Assembly: GCA_038214535.1 (NCBI GenBank)
Contig: JBBQRS010000003.1
Location: forward strand, 16,459-80,458
DNA from: Anaerolineae bacterium
GTDB taxonomy: Bacteria > Chloroflexota > Anaerolineae > CG2-30-64-16
Reading direction: 5' to 3'
DNA length: 64,000 nucleotides
A program made the translations under genes and the position numbers. The notes beneath the pieces are model-generated. The model worked only from the letters and a program-made list of their open reading frames with translations, had not been told where the DNA came from and did not search any database. Of this stretch, positions 38,672 through 47,300 are shown one piece after another. Numbering within the stretch: position 1 is the first letter of the stretch; each line of letters opens with the position of its first letter.

Positions 38672-39553
38672 TTAGAGGCCCAGGGCCAGACGGATATCGG
38701 CCAGGGCTGCCGCCTCTTCTTCGCTGATCACTTTCTTGCCGATGCCCAGGAACCCACCTTCTTTGGAGGCTTCCGCGACGTTGGTGGCGGCTTCCAGGAG
38801 CATGGCGTTAAAGATTGCAGCCTGGTCCGGCGCTTTCGCGGCAACGGTGGCCGCGGCGGATTTGACGGTGCTCATCATCGCCGCCGGAGGCGTTTCGTTG
38901 ATGAACTTCTGCATATCCGCCACGTTGACTTCCTGGCCGTACGCCACGTTCATCAATGACCACGCCGAGCCACCCTTTTGGGCTGCGTTCAGTGTGTCAA
39001 CTACCGCGTTCGCTTCGGCAGCCGCATCCTTGCCTTTGGAAGGCGAGGCGAGCATGACCAGCGCAGCCGCGGCCATCGGTGCGAGGCGAATCTTGGCCCA
39101 TTCATCACCGGCGAACAGGGCCTTTGTAGATGCCATCCGCTCTGACGTGGACCACGAGACCAGATCCGGCGTCTGCTTGGCGGTCTGGACCCACTGCGCA
39201 ACCTCGTCATCACGCGGCACGCGCTGGTTGCCCATAGTGGTGGCCGTTTTAATCAACGTCGCGTGTAGATCGGCGGGGTTGGCTTTGGCCAGGTCCGACA
39301 CGGAGCGGATCCCTGCCCGGTTCAACATCACCGCAAAGGAAGCGCCGATGCCCTTCACGCGGGTCAGGTCGGTCTGCTCGATGATGTCATTCAGCATGCG
39401 TTCGTCAACGCCCAGCTTCTGCAGTAGAGACGCGCGTTGCGCCGGATCGGTGACGAGCATGAGCAACTGATCGGTGTCGGCGATGCCCATGGATTTGAGG
39501 ACTGCGGCGGTTTGCCCGGAGATGTTGGAGAACTCACTCAGTTTGTAGGCCAT
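38672..39553 (-). CDS. hypothetical protein with N-terminal tandem helix-hairpin-helix (DUF4332-like) region and Ala-rich C-terminal half
   Basis: 293-aa ORF; AAGGAG-type RBS 7 nt upstream of the ATG at 39553; GIG-containing HhH-like motifs (VKGIGASFAVMLNRAGIRSVSDLA). Confidence 0.5.
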   Translation of the reverse strand: MAYKLSEFSNISGQTAAVLKSMGIADTDQLLMLVTDPAQRASLLQKLGVDERMLNDIIEQTDLTRVKGIGASFAVMLNRAGIRSVSDLAKANPADLHATLIKTATTMGNQRVPRDDEVAQWVQTAKQTPDLVSWSTSERMASTKALFAGDEWAKIRLAPMAAAALVMLASPSKGKDAAAEANAVVDTLNAAQKGGSAWSLMNVAYGQEVNVADMQKFINETPPAAMMSTVKSAAATVAAKAPDQAAIFNAMLLEAATNVAEASKEGGFLGIGKKVISEEEAAALADIRLALGL

Positions 39554-39705
39554 GTTTTCTTACTCCTTTTTGCATATGAGCGGCTGTGGCGCCCGCGCGA
39601 ACGGCGCAGACAGACGCATAGAACGATGATGACAATTTATTATAACCTTCTTGCGCTAAATAAGGCAAGTGCCCATCTTACACTCTGCACAAATGGGCGT
39701 GGTTC

Positions 39706-39734
39706 TTGATTGAGGAAGAGGGTTGCGCTATACT
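39706..39734 (+). promoter_or_regulatory. sigma70-like promoter candidate (TTGATT-17 nt-TATACT) for the exonuclease / NTase-like / permease-peptidase operon
   Basis: Hexamers at 39706-39711 and 39729-39734 with a 17-nt spacer, ~45 nt upstream of ATG 39781. Confidence 0.45.
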
Positions 39735-39780
39735 GCGCTCGTACCATGAATGCCATCCCTTAGCCGAGAAATCATCCCCT

Positions 39781-40356
39781 ATGACGCGTTATCATCCCGA
39801 AGACGAAATCTTTATCTCTGTGGACATCGAAGCGGCCGGCCCCTACACGGAACGCTATTCGCTGCTGACCATCGGCGCGTGTATTGTGGATGCGCCGGAC
39901 GAGGCCTTTTACGTCGAACTGAAGCCATTAAGTTCAGACGCCACGCCGGAGGCGCTGGCAGTCACCGGGCTTTCGATGGATGAACTGGCTGCCAACGGCG
40001 TTGAGCCTGCCGAGGCCATGTTGCGCTTCGAGCAGTGGACGCTGAGCCACATCGCAAGGGGGCAACGCCCGGTCTTCGTGGCGTTTAACGCCTCGTTTGA
40101 CTGGATGTTCGTCAACGAGTATTTTCACCGTTTCCTGGGCTGTAACCCGTTCGGGCATTCGGCGCTCGATATGAAGGCGCTTTACATGGGGTTGAGCGGG
40201 GCGACCTGGTCTGAGACTTCGATGCGTTATGTCTCTGCGCGTTATCTGGAAGATTGCCAGTTGACGCATCACGCGCTGAATGACGCCCGCGATCAGGCGG
40301 AACTGTTTCGTCGGATGCTGGATGAAGCGTCAACCCACGGTTGGGGTTGGGTCTGA
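39781..40356 (+). CDS. DEDDh-family 3'-5' exonuclease (DnaQ/RNase T/oligoribonuclease-like fold)
   Basis: Exo I motif FISVDIEAAGP, Exo II FVAFNASFDWMFV, Exo III HHALNDARDQAELF (His = DEDDh subtype); ~191 aa if started at MTRYHPED. Confidence 0.75.
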   Translation: MTRYHPEDEIFISVDIEAAGPYTERYSLLTIGACIVDAPDEAFYVELKPLSSDATPEALAVTGLSMDELAANGVEPAEAMLRFEQWTLSHIARGQRPVFVAFNASFDWMFVNEYFHRFLGCNPFGHSALDMKALYMGLSGATWSETSMRYVSARYLEDCQLTHHALNDARDQAELFRRMLDEASTHGWGWV

Positions 40357-40400
40357 GCCAAAGCCGGCGCGCCGATAGCTCATACAGAAAGGTAATTGTC

Positions 40401-41738
40401 ATGGATCAGCAACAATCCTCCGAATCCGCAAATTCAGCCCTCGCGGCGCTCATCGAATCGGCCCAACGCCTGGGCGTCGAACTGGATGAAGCCGATGCCT
40501 TGCAATGGCTGACGGCCATTAGCGCATGGAAACCGGGCGACGCGCTGTCGGTTAATGATGAACTCGGCGTTTTTGGTCATCAGGTTGTCATGCTCGACTT
40601 CAACCCCGCGGAACTGGCCTATTTTCGGGAACTGGCGCGCGTGGTGGCGATTGACGATCAACCCGGCGTTATCGAGACGGCGATTGCACTGTCCGGTTCG
40701 GCGGCCCAGTCGAAAATCCAGACCTACCCCGGCGACTGCGACTTCTTCCAACGGGTGAACATTATCGCGCCGACGCGTCAGGAGGCGTGTCGCATTCTGG
40801 CGCAGGCGATGCGCGACAAGGCGTTGCAGGCAATGCGGGGTCGCACCTACCAACTCATCGAGGTGAAGTTCGGCTCGTATCCGCAAGACCTGGTGGTGGG
40901 CGATAAACTGATGAAGGCCGGTTCGCCGATTGCGTGGGGCGTCGGTGAGCTACGCGCCGGCCAGATCAACGCCTTCCTGCCCGATGATTCGCCCTATGCG
41001 TTGCAGTGGGATGATGTGGCCGATGACCCCGGTTGGTGCAAGCTGGATTGGGTCGTTGCCGATCCGCAGCGCAGCCGGTTGGCGAACGCCAGCAATATGC
41101 TGGATGTTACGTGGGAAGCGCCGGACGGCAGCATCACGCCGCTGGATGGCTACCTTGACCCCTACTTCCAGGAGGTCTATCTCGAAGCGGACTCGATTCC
41201 CATCTTCAGCAAGCTCTCCCGGCACGTTTCGGCTGATGCCCTCGACGATTACGTCGCGGCGCTCCAACGTGAAGTCCGCAAATATGTGACGAAAGACGTG
41301 AACTACGGCAAGGCGGCCAAGCGGATGTACAACGTCTTCCGGTTGACGGGGCGCTATCCCGAAGCGGCGTTCATCCGCGAGCTGTTCGACGAACCGGCGA
41401 CCATGCTTTACCAGGTTTGGTCTTTGATCCGCACCGTGGATGATTGGTACGAGACAGGTTCGAGCATTTCGCTGGAGATTGTTCTCCAGCAGACCGATCA
41501 ACTGATCCTATCGGTGATCAAGGCGCTGGAGGGCGAAGCGGAAGAGGAGATCGTTGAGGATCTGCTCCATTTCCGCGATATTCTGGTGCGTCACGGCAGC
41601 GACGAGTCGCTGACCGCGGAGGCCGAAGGCGCGCGCCAGCGGATCATCAACCTGGTGAACAACTTCTTTTATGAGCGATTGACCGCGTTGCCGCAGATTA
41701 AGCAGTACATGGAAGATATTTCAGCGGATCACGCTTGA
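40401..41738 (+). CDS. hypothetical protein with candidate Pol-beta-superfamily nucleotidyltransferase core (hG[GS]...DxD) plus large helical C-terminal domain
   Basis: AIALSGSAAQSKIQTYPGDCDFFQRVNI matches hG[GS]-x(9-13)-[DE]h[DE]h; candidate third acidic residue in QLIEVKF; 446 aa; its stop overlaps the ATG of the next gene (TGATG at 41736-41740). Confidence 0.4.
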   Translation: MDQQQSSESANSALAALIESAQRLGVELDEADALQWLTAISAWKPGDALSVNDELGVFGHQVVMLDFNPAELAYFRELARVVAIDDQPGVIETAIALSGSAAQSKIQTYPGDCDFFQRVNIIAPTRQEACRILAQAMRDKALQAMRGRTYQLIEVKFGSYPQDLVVGDKLMKAGSPIAWGVGELRAGQINAFLPDDSPYALQWDDVADDPGWCKLDWVVADPQRSRLANASNMLDVTWEAPDGSITPLDGYLDPYFQEVYLEADSIPIFSKLSRHVSADALDDYVAALQREVRKYVTKDVNYGKAAKRMYNVFRLTGRYPEAAFIRELFDEPATMLYQVWSLIRTVDDWYETGSSISLEIVLQQTDQLILSVIKALEGEAEEEIVEDLLHFRDILVRHGSDESLTAEAEGARQRIINLVNNFFYERLTALPQIKQYMEDISADHA

Positions 41739-44700
41739 TGACGGCGGCGGATGGCCTGCTTGTCGGCGAGGCTGTAAGCGAGGTCAAGCACCGGCGGGCC
41801 GGGGGTGAGGGCGTGCGTCGGGTTGTGCGGCGGCTGTTGGATACGTTGCTGATCCTTGCCGCCATTGTTTATCTTACCCAGTTCCTTCTTATCCTGGCCG
41901 CGCTGGGACGCGAGCGTCAGCCTGCCTCGTTCGTTCAGGTCGCCGGGCAGGCCCTGACGCAAAGCCTCGATTACGTCTTCCGGCATCCCCAGACTTACCT
42001 CTGGCACAAAGTCGAAACCGGCTCGTTTAACCTCGTCCTCACGACCTTCAGTCACAGCATTGGCCTGCTTTTATTATCCCTCGCCATCGCGACGGTGAGC
42101 GGCTGGGCGCTGGGGCTGCTGATGGCGCTGAGGCAGCGGCGCGCCGGTTCGATGTTCATCTTCACGCTCACCGTCCTGGGTACCTCGACTCCCAGCTTTC
42201 TGCTCGCGATGTTGCTCTGGATCATCAACATCCGGGTACACAACCGCTTTGACGTGCCCGCGCTGCCGCCCACCGGCTTCGGCTGGGACGCGCACCTGAT
42301 CATGCCCGCGCTGGTGTTGGCTGCCCGCCCGCTCGCGCAGATCGCCCAGGTGACGTATGTGCAGGTGTCGCAGGCGTTGGGGCAAGATTTCATCCGCACG
42401 GCGCACGCCAAGGGCCTCTCGGCGCGGATGGTGCGCGATCGCCACGCCATTCCCAACATTATTGCGCCGGTGCTCACCACCGTCGGCACGTCGCTGCGCT
42501 ATTCGCTTTCGAGCCTGCCGGTCGTCGAGTACTTCTTCCTGTGGCCGGGCGTTGGCTTGCTGATTTTGCAAGCCATTGACGCAGATATGCCGACGCTGGT
42601 GACCGATTCGATCGTCTGCCTCGGGCTGTTCTTTCTCGTCGTTAACTTGCTGCTGGATCTGGCGCTGCCCCTGCTGGACCCACGCCTGCGCGATACGTCT
42701 TCCAATCGCGTGGGCGTGGAAGGGATGGGGCTAAACGGGCTGAAAGAGGGCCTTGTCGGCATCTTCAACCGACAGAGGACGCGCGGCGAGACGTTGCCGC
42801 CGCTGCCCCGTTCTACGGTGAGCCGTGCGCTGCTTGAAGCCGGGGAACCGGCGGCCACTGCGCGCGCGACCTGGGCCTTCAAGGGCCTGGCGAGTAACTT
42901 ACCGCTGCTGATCGGCGGCGCGCTGGTAGTCGGCATGATTCTCGTGGGGATCTTCGCGCCCCGCCTGACCGCCGCCAATCCCTACCAGAGTCACGGCGTG
43001 ATGACGATTGACGGCGTGATCGGCGCGCCGCCATATCCGCCTTCGGACACCTTCCCGTGGGGCACGGATCATATCGGGCGCGACGTGCAGGCGTTGGTGT
43101 TGTATGGCGCGCGGCAAACGCTGCTGCTGGCCTTCTTCGGGATGCTTGCGCGCCTGGTTCTTGGGTCTATGCTGGGGGCCGTGGCCGGGTGGCAGCAGGG
43201 CGGACGGTTCGACCGGCTGGTGATGGGGGCGACGAACGTCTGGGCGGCGTTTCCCACTACGATTTTTGCGCTCCTGCTCATCCAGGGGTTGGGTATCCAG
43301 CAGGGGATGTGGGTTTTCGTCGTGGCGCTTTGTGTCGTGGGCTGGGGCGAGGTCGCGCAGACGGTGCGGCAACAGGTGATCCATATCAAGCCGCAGCTCT
43401 TCATCGAGGCCGCGCGTTCGATCGGCGCGCGGGCGTCGCGTACCCTGGCCCAACACGTTATGCCCGGTTTGTTGCCGATGTTGATCGTGCTCGGTGTGTT
43501 GGAGATGGGCGGCATCCTGATGCTGCTGGCCGAGCTCGGTTTTCTGAACACCTTCCTGGGCGGTGGATTCCGCGTGGAAATCGGCGAGGTCGGGCAGATG
43601 CAGCCGATTGTCGCCTATTTCTCCGACATTCCGGAATGGGGCGCGATGCTGGCGAACGTGCGCCAATGGTGGCGCAGCTACCCATGGATGGCGTGGTATC
43701 CGGGGGCGGCGTTCTTTCTGGCGATCCTCAGCTTTAATCTGTTTGGCGAAGGGCTGCGGCGCTTTTTCGAGCGCAGCCGGATTAATCTGGGCCGGCTCTT
43801 TGGCCGCTACGCGCTGCCCGGCGCAGTCGCCGCGACTTTGCTGCTCGTATGGCTGCTGCGCAGCGCGACGCCCCTGGCCGATTATCAGGGTTACGCGGAA
43901 TCGTTTGACGCGCAGCATGTTTTGCATGACGTCGAGACGCTGGCCTCCGCGGAGTACGGCGGTCGCGAGACGGGCACGCCGGGCGCAGAGCAGACCGTCC
44001 GATTCATCGCCGAACGGATGGCGGAGATCGGTCTGTTCCCTGCCGGCGACTCGACGCCGACCAAAGATCAGAATCCCTTCATTCAAACGCAGATTGTGGA
44101 GCGGCCTCGCCTGACCGGTGTGCCACAACTGACGATTGAAGGCGACCCCGGTGAGGCGCTGATTTACCGGGAGGACTTTGTCGAGCGGCCCGTTTCAATG
44201 CAGGAACGCGCGCAGGGCGTCGTGGTCGGCGTGGCGCTTGGCCCCGAACCGTCCGGCAGGCTCACCGATCCGTATGGGCTGGGGCGGCAAGACCTGCTCG
44301 ACAAGGTGCTGATCGTGCCGGAGGAGAACCTCGCTCGCCTGAAAACCAGTGTGCCGTCGGCGATTCTGGTGATTACACAGGACTCGCTGATGCTTGAACG
44401 GAGATTCCTGTTTCCCGGCGCTTTTGGGCGTGGAAAAACGCCTCCGCAAATGTACATCTCGCCGGAGACGTCGGATCGCCTGCTTCAGACGACGGGGACC
44501 AGCCTGGCAGAGTTCGAGAATGCCGCCGCCCAACTCGGGCCGGGCGAAGCGGTTGTGACCGGTGACGGGGTTTCGGTGACGCTGGAGATTCCGCTGTCTG
44601 CGCCGGATGGGGGCGAAACGCCTACCGTGGAATATTACAACATCATCGGGTTTATCCCCGGCAGCGGCGCGGAAATGCAAACCGAGACCGGCGCGAGCAT

Positions 44701-45298
44701 GGATAGCCAGGTTATCGTGGTTAGCGCGTATTACGATGGCCTGGGCATCGGCCCGGATGGGACGTTCTATCCTGGCGCGAATGACAACGCCAGCGGCATC
44801 GCCACGCTGTTGGAACTGGCGCGCTTGATGAAAGAGAGCCCATATCAACCCAAACGGACAATCGTGTTTGTGGCCTGGGCAGGCGGCGAGCGCAACGAAG
44901 CGCTGAGTGTGACGAGCATCATGAGCGCGAAGGTCGGGTTCAGCGGGTTGAACGTGGAGACCGTGATGGAACTGAGCGGCGTCGGCGCGGGCGACGGCAA
45001 GGCGGTGGCCTTCGGTGAAGGGAGCAGCTATCGTCTGGTGCAGCTTTACCAGAAAGCAGCGGCGCGCCTGGGGGTCGAGACGACGACGCGGGGGCGAGGC
45101 CCACACTACGCGATGCCTGACACGATGGCCTTCGGCGGCCGCGATGCGCTCTCGCTCCACGTCAGTTGGGACGGCTCCGACCGGACCGCGCACACGCCCG
45201 ATGACGCGATAGCGGCGATTGACATCGAGAAGCTGCGACAGATCGGCCAGTCGGCCATGCTCACATTAAGCGTGCTCAGCCGCGAGCCCACATATTAG
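41738..45298 (+). CDS. fusion protein: OppB/DppB-like ABC permease domain + OppC/DppC-like ABC permease domain + extra TM helix + M28-family zinc-peptidase-like domain with PA-like insert
   Basis: EAA-region AHAKGLSARMVRDRHAIPN and C-terminal LLDPRLR (OppB-like); PWGTDHIGRDVQALVLYGARQT and second EAA region (OppC-like); hydrophobic YALPGAVAATLLLVWLL after the permease; C-terminal SAYYDGLGIGPDGTFYPGANDNASGIATLLELAR...WAGGER...HTPDDAIAAIDIEKL (M28-like). Confidence 0.7.
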   Translation: MTAADGLLVGEAVSEVKHRRAGGEGVRRVVRRLLDTLLILAAIVYLTQFLLILAALGRERQPASFVQVAGQALTQSLDYVFRHPQTYLWHKVETGSFNLVLTTFSHSIGLLLLSLAIATVSGWALGLLMALRQRRAGSMFIFTLTVLGTSTPSFLLAMLLWIINIRVHNRFDVPALPPTGFGWDAHLIMPALVLAARPLAQIAQVTYVQVSQALGQDFIRTAHAKGLSARMVRDRHAIPNIIAPVLTTVGTSLRYSLSSLPVVEYFFLWPGVGLLILQAIDADMPTLVTDSIVCLGLFFLVVNLLLDLALPLLDPRLRDTSSNRVGVEGMGLNGLKEGLVGIFNRQRTRGETLPPLPRSTVSRALLEAGEPAATARATWAFKGLASNLPLLIGGALVVGMILVGIFAPRLTAANPYQSHGVMTIDGVIGAPPYPPSDTFPWGTDHIGRDVQALVLYGARQTLLLAFFGMLARLVLGSMLGAVAGWQQGGRFDRLVMGATNVWAAFPTTIFALLLIQGLGIQQGMWVFVVALCVVGWGEVAQTVRQQVIHIKPQLFIEAARSIGARASRTLAQHVMPGLLPMLIVLGVLEMGGILMLLAELGFLNTFLGGGFRVEIGEVGQMQPIVAYFSDIPEWGAMLANVRQWWRSYPWMAWYPGAAFFLAILSFNLFGEGLRRFFERSRINLGRLFGRYALPGAVAATLLLVWLLRSATPLADYQGYAESFDAQHVLHDVETLASAEYGGRETGTPGAEQTVRFIAERMAEIGLFPAGDSTPTKDQNPFIQTQIVERPRLTGVPQLTIEGDPGEALIYREDFVERPVSMQERAQGVVVGVALGPEPSGRLTDPYGLGRQDLLDKVLIVPEENLARLKTSVPSAILVITQDSLMLERRFLFPGAFGRGKTPPQMYISPETSDRLLQTTGTSLAEFENAAAQLGPGEAVVTGDGVSVTLEIPLSAPDGGETPTVEYYNIIGFIPGSGAEMQTETGASMDSQVIVVSAYYDGLGIGPDGTFYPGANDNASGIATLLELARLMKESPYQPKRTIVFVAWAGGERNEALSVTSIMSAKVGFSGLNVETVMELSGVGAGDGKAVAFGEGSSYRLVQLYQKAAARLGVETTTRGRGPHYAMPDTMAFGGRDALSLHVSWDGSDRTAHTPDDAIAAIDIEKLRQIGQSAMLTLSVLSREPTY

Positions 45299-45299
45299 A

Positions 45300-45366
45300 C
45301 CTTCGTAGTAACGGCTTTAGCCGTAGAAACCCCGACAGAGCGACTGAAGTCGCAACTACAAAGGGG
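45300..45366. repeat. palindromic intergenic repeat element, copy 5 (imperfect), between convergent genes
   Basis: ccttcgtagtaacggctttagccgt ... gcgactgaagtcgcaactacaaagggg. Confidence 0.7.
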
Positions 45367-45380
45367 GTGATTGTGGTTAC

Positions 45381-47141
45381 TTACGGCGACGGCAGCCGCC
45401 AATACTGGAATTGCGGGGCGCCGAACGCCGGATACTCAAACGTGACGCCGGACTTGACCAGCAGCGTCCGATCATAGAATTGCAACGGCGCGACCACGGC
45501 CGCTTCATTGAGCAGGAGGCGTTCGGCCTCGCGGTACAATTCGGTGCGCGCCGCCTCATCGGTTTCGACGCGTGCCTTCAGCATCAACTCCTCGTAGGCG
45601 GGTGACTCCCAACCCGTATACTGGAAAGCGGAGCGCGGGCTGAAAACAACGTCCAGGAGGCTTGACGGATCGGCGTAGTCCATTACCCAGCCCATGCGAT
45701 AAAGGTTATAGGAGCATTGGGCGGGCGAACTCGCGGCGCTTCGATTGGGGGCATTGCAGGCATCCAGCGTGTTCCGATGCACGTCCCAACTGCTGCTGAC
45801 CAGACGCACCGGGATGCCGACCTCTTCCAGCATCCCTGCAATCGCCTTAAACAGCAATTCATTGTTTCCTTCCCGGTTGTACCATAGCTCGACCGGCGGC
45901 GGGTTCTTCTCGTTGAAGCCGGCCAGCGCCAGGAACTCGCGCGCCTTTTGCAGGTCGTAGGCATAACCGACTGACGGGTCATCACCCTGAAAGCCGACAA
46001 TCCCCGGCGGCACGACGACCTGCGCAGACACGTGCCACGGTTGTTCGAGCACGTTCGCGATGAGCGCGTCGCGATCAATGGCGCTGACGATGGCGCGCCG
46101 GACGTTGACATCCAGCGTGGGGGTGATCTGCGTGTTGATGCCCAGATAACTGGTCCCCGGCTGCACCAGCACCTGTAGCTCCTGGGCGAACGTCGGGTCG
46201 GCCTGGATGCGTGGGGTCTGCTCGGCGGGGAACTGCGCGACATAGAAATCGCCTGCTTCGTAACGGCTCAACTGCTCGGCGGCGTCAGGGACCAACGGGA
46301 ATTCGATGCGCTCGATGGTCACGGCGTCAGCGTTCCAGTAGTTGGGGTTTTTCACCAGGGTCAGCCCTTCGCCGGGCGTCCATTGATCCAGAAGGTAGGG
46401 GCCGTTGGTGATCCGGCCGGGTTCACCCAGGTCGGCGCGGTAGGGCAGGAAGGCGCGAAACGCCAGCAGGCCGGGGAGGAAGCTCGCCGGGCGTTCCAGT
46501 GTAATGGTGAGCGTGCGTTCATCGGCGGCCTTGAACCCCACCGTGTTACAGTCGGCTACGTCGCCGGCAGCGAAATCGTGCGCCCCGGTGATCGCCAGCA
46601 CCTCGGTCAGCAGATAGTAATAGCTGTTGCCGGTCGTTGGTTCCAACAGGCGACATAAGCCGTCCACGTAATTCTGGGCGGTGAGCGGCGCGCCGTCCGA
46701 CCATGTGACGCCGGAGCGCAACGTGACGGTGTAGGTCTGGCTGTCGGGTGAAACGGTGTACTCTGTGGCGGCCGCAGGTTCGATCGCGCCGTCGCCGCGC
46801 AGATGGAACAGGCCCTCGTAGAGTTGTTCGACCACCAACCCCGCCGTCTCGTCTACCGCCTTCTGCGGGTCCAGCGACGCGGGCGCGGCCGTCAGGGGAT
46901 ACACCAGGGTTCCGGCCGGCGCGTTGATCCGGGAGACGTATATGGGCGTCGGTACGGGAGTGGCGGTGACGACCACCGTCACTTCGACAGACTGCGTTTC
47001 CACCACCACCTGCGTCTGCATCACGGGTACTTCGACTGTGACCGGCGCCGTTGCCGTTTCAGGGTCAGAGCCACACGCCGCAAGCAGCAGGGCGGCCGCG
47101 AACAGCCATATTCCCACAAATCCTCTGACCTTTGTCACCAC
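45381..47141 (-). CDS. ABC transporter substrate-binding lipoprotein, family 5 (OppA/DppA-like), paralog 3
   Basis: Signal peptide plus lipobox LLLAACGS, Pro/Thr/Val linker, SBP_bac_5-like body; GTG start with AGGAGG RBS. Confidence 0.8.
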   Translation of the reverse strand: MVTKVRGFVGIWLFAAALLLAACGSDPETATAPVTVEVPVMQTQVVVETQSVEVTVVVTATPVPTPIYVSRINAPAGTLVYPLTAAPASLDPQKAVDETAGLVVEQLYEGLFHLRGDGAIEPAAATEYTVSPDSQTYTVTLRSGVTWSDGAPLTAQNYVDGLCRLLEPTTGNSYYYLLTEVLAITGAHDFAAGDVADCNTVGFKAADERTLTITLERPASFLPGLLAFRAFLPYRADLGEPGRITNGPYLLDQWTPGEGLTLVKNPNYWNADAVTIERIEFPLVPDAAEQLSRYEAGDFYVAQFPAEQTPRIQADPTFAQELQVLVQPGTSYLGINTQITPTLDVNVRRAIVSAIDRDALIANVLEQPWHVSAQVVVPPGIVGFQGDDPSVGYAYDLQKAREFLALAGFNEKNPPPVELWYNREGNNELLFKAIAGMLEEVGIPVRLVSSSWDVHRNTLDACNAPNRSAASSPAQCSYNLYRMGWVMDYADPSSLLDVVFSPRSAFQYTGWESPAYEELMLKARVETDEAARTELYREAERLLLNEAAVVAPLQFYDRTLLVKSGVTFEYPAFGAPQFQYWRLPSP

Positions 47142-47300
47142 ATTGCCTCCTGGCCTCGCGACATTATTCTACAGCAGAATAGCATAAACTGACTGACTGG
47201 AAAAGAGACGCCGGGCTGAGCGGGCAGGTTCCCCCGCCCATACAGCCCGGCGTCAGGAGCCGGTTTGTTCTAAGCAAACCGGCTCCGCGTCTTCAGGACT

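Noticed and set aside
39706-39780. Upstream TTG-initiated extension of the exonuclease ORF
   Set aside because: It would overlap the promoter-like TTGATT/TATACT pair. Also, DEDDh exonucleases normally place the first Asp-Glu motif about 10-15 residues from the N-terminus, which fits ATG 39781.
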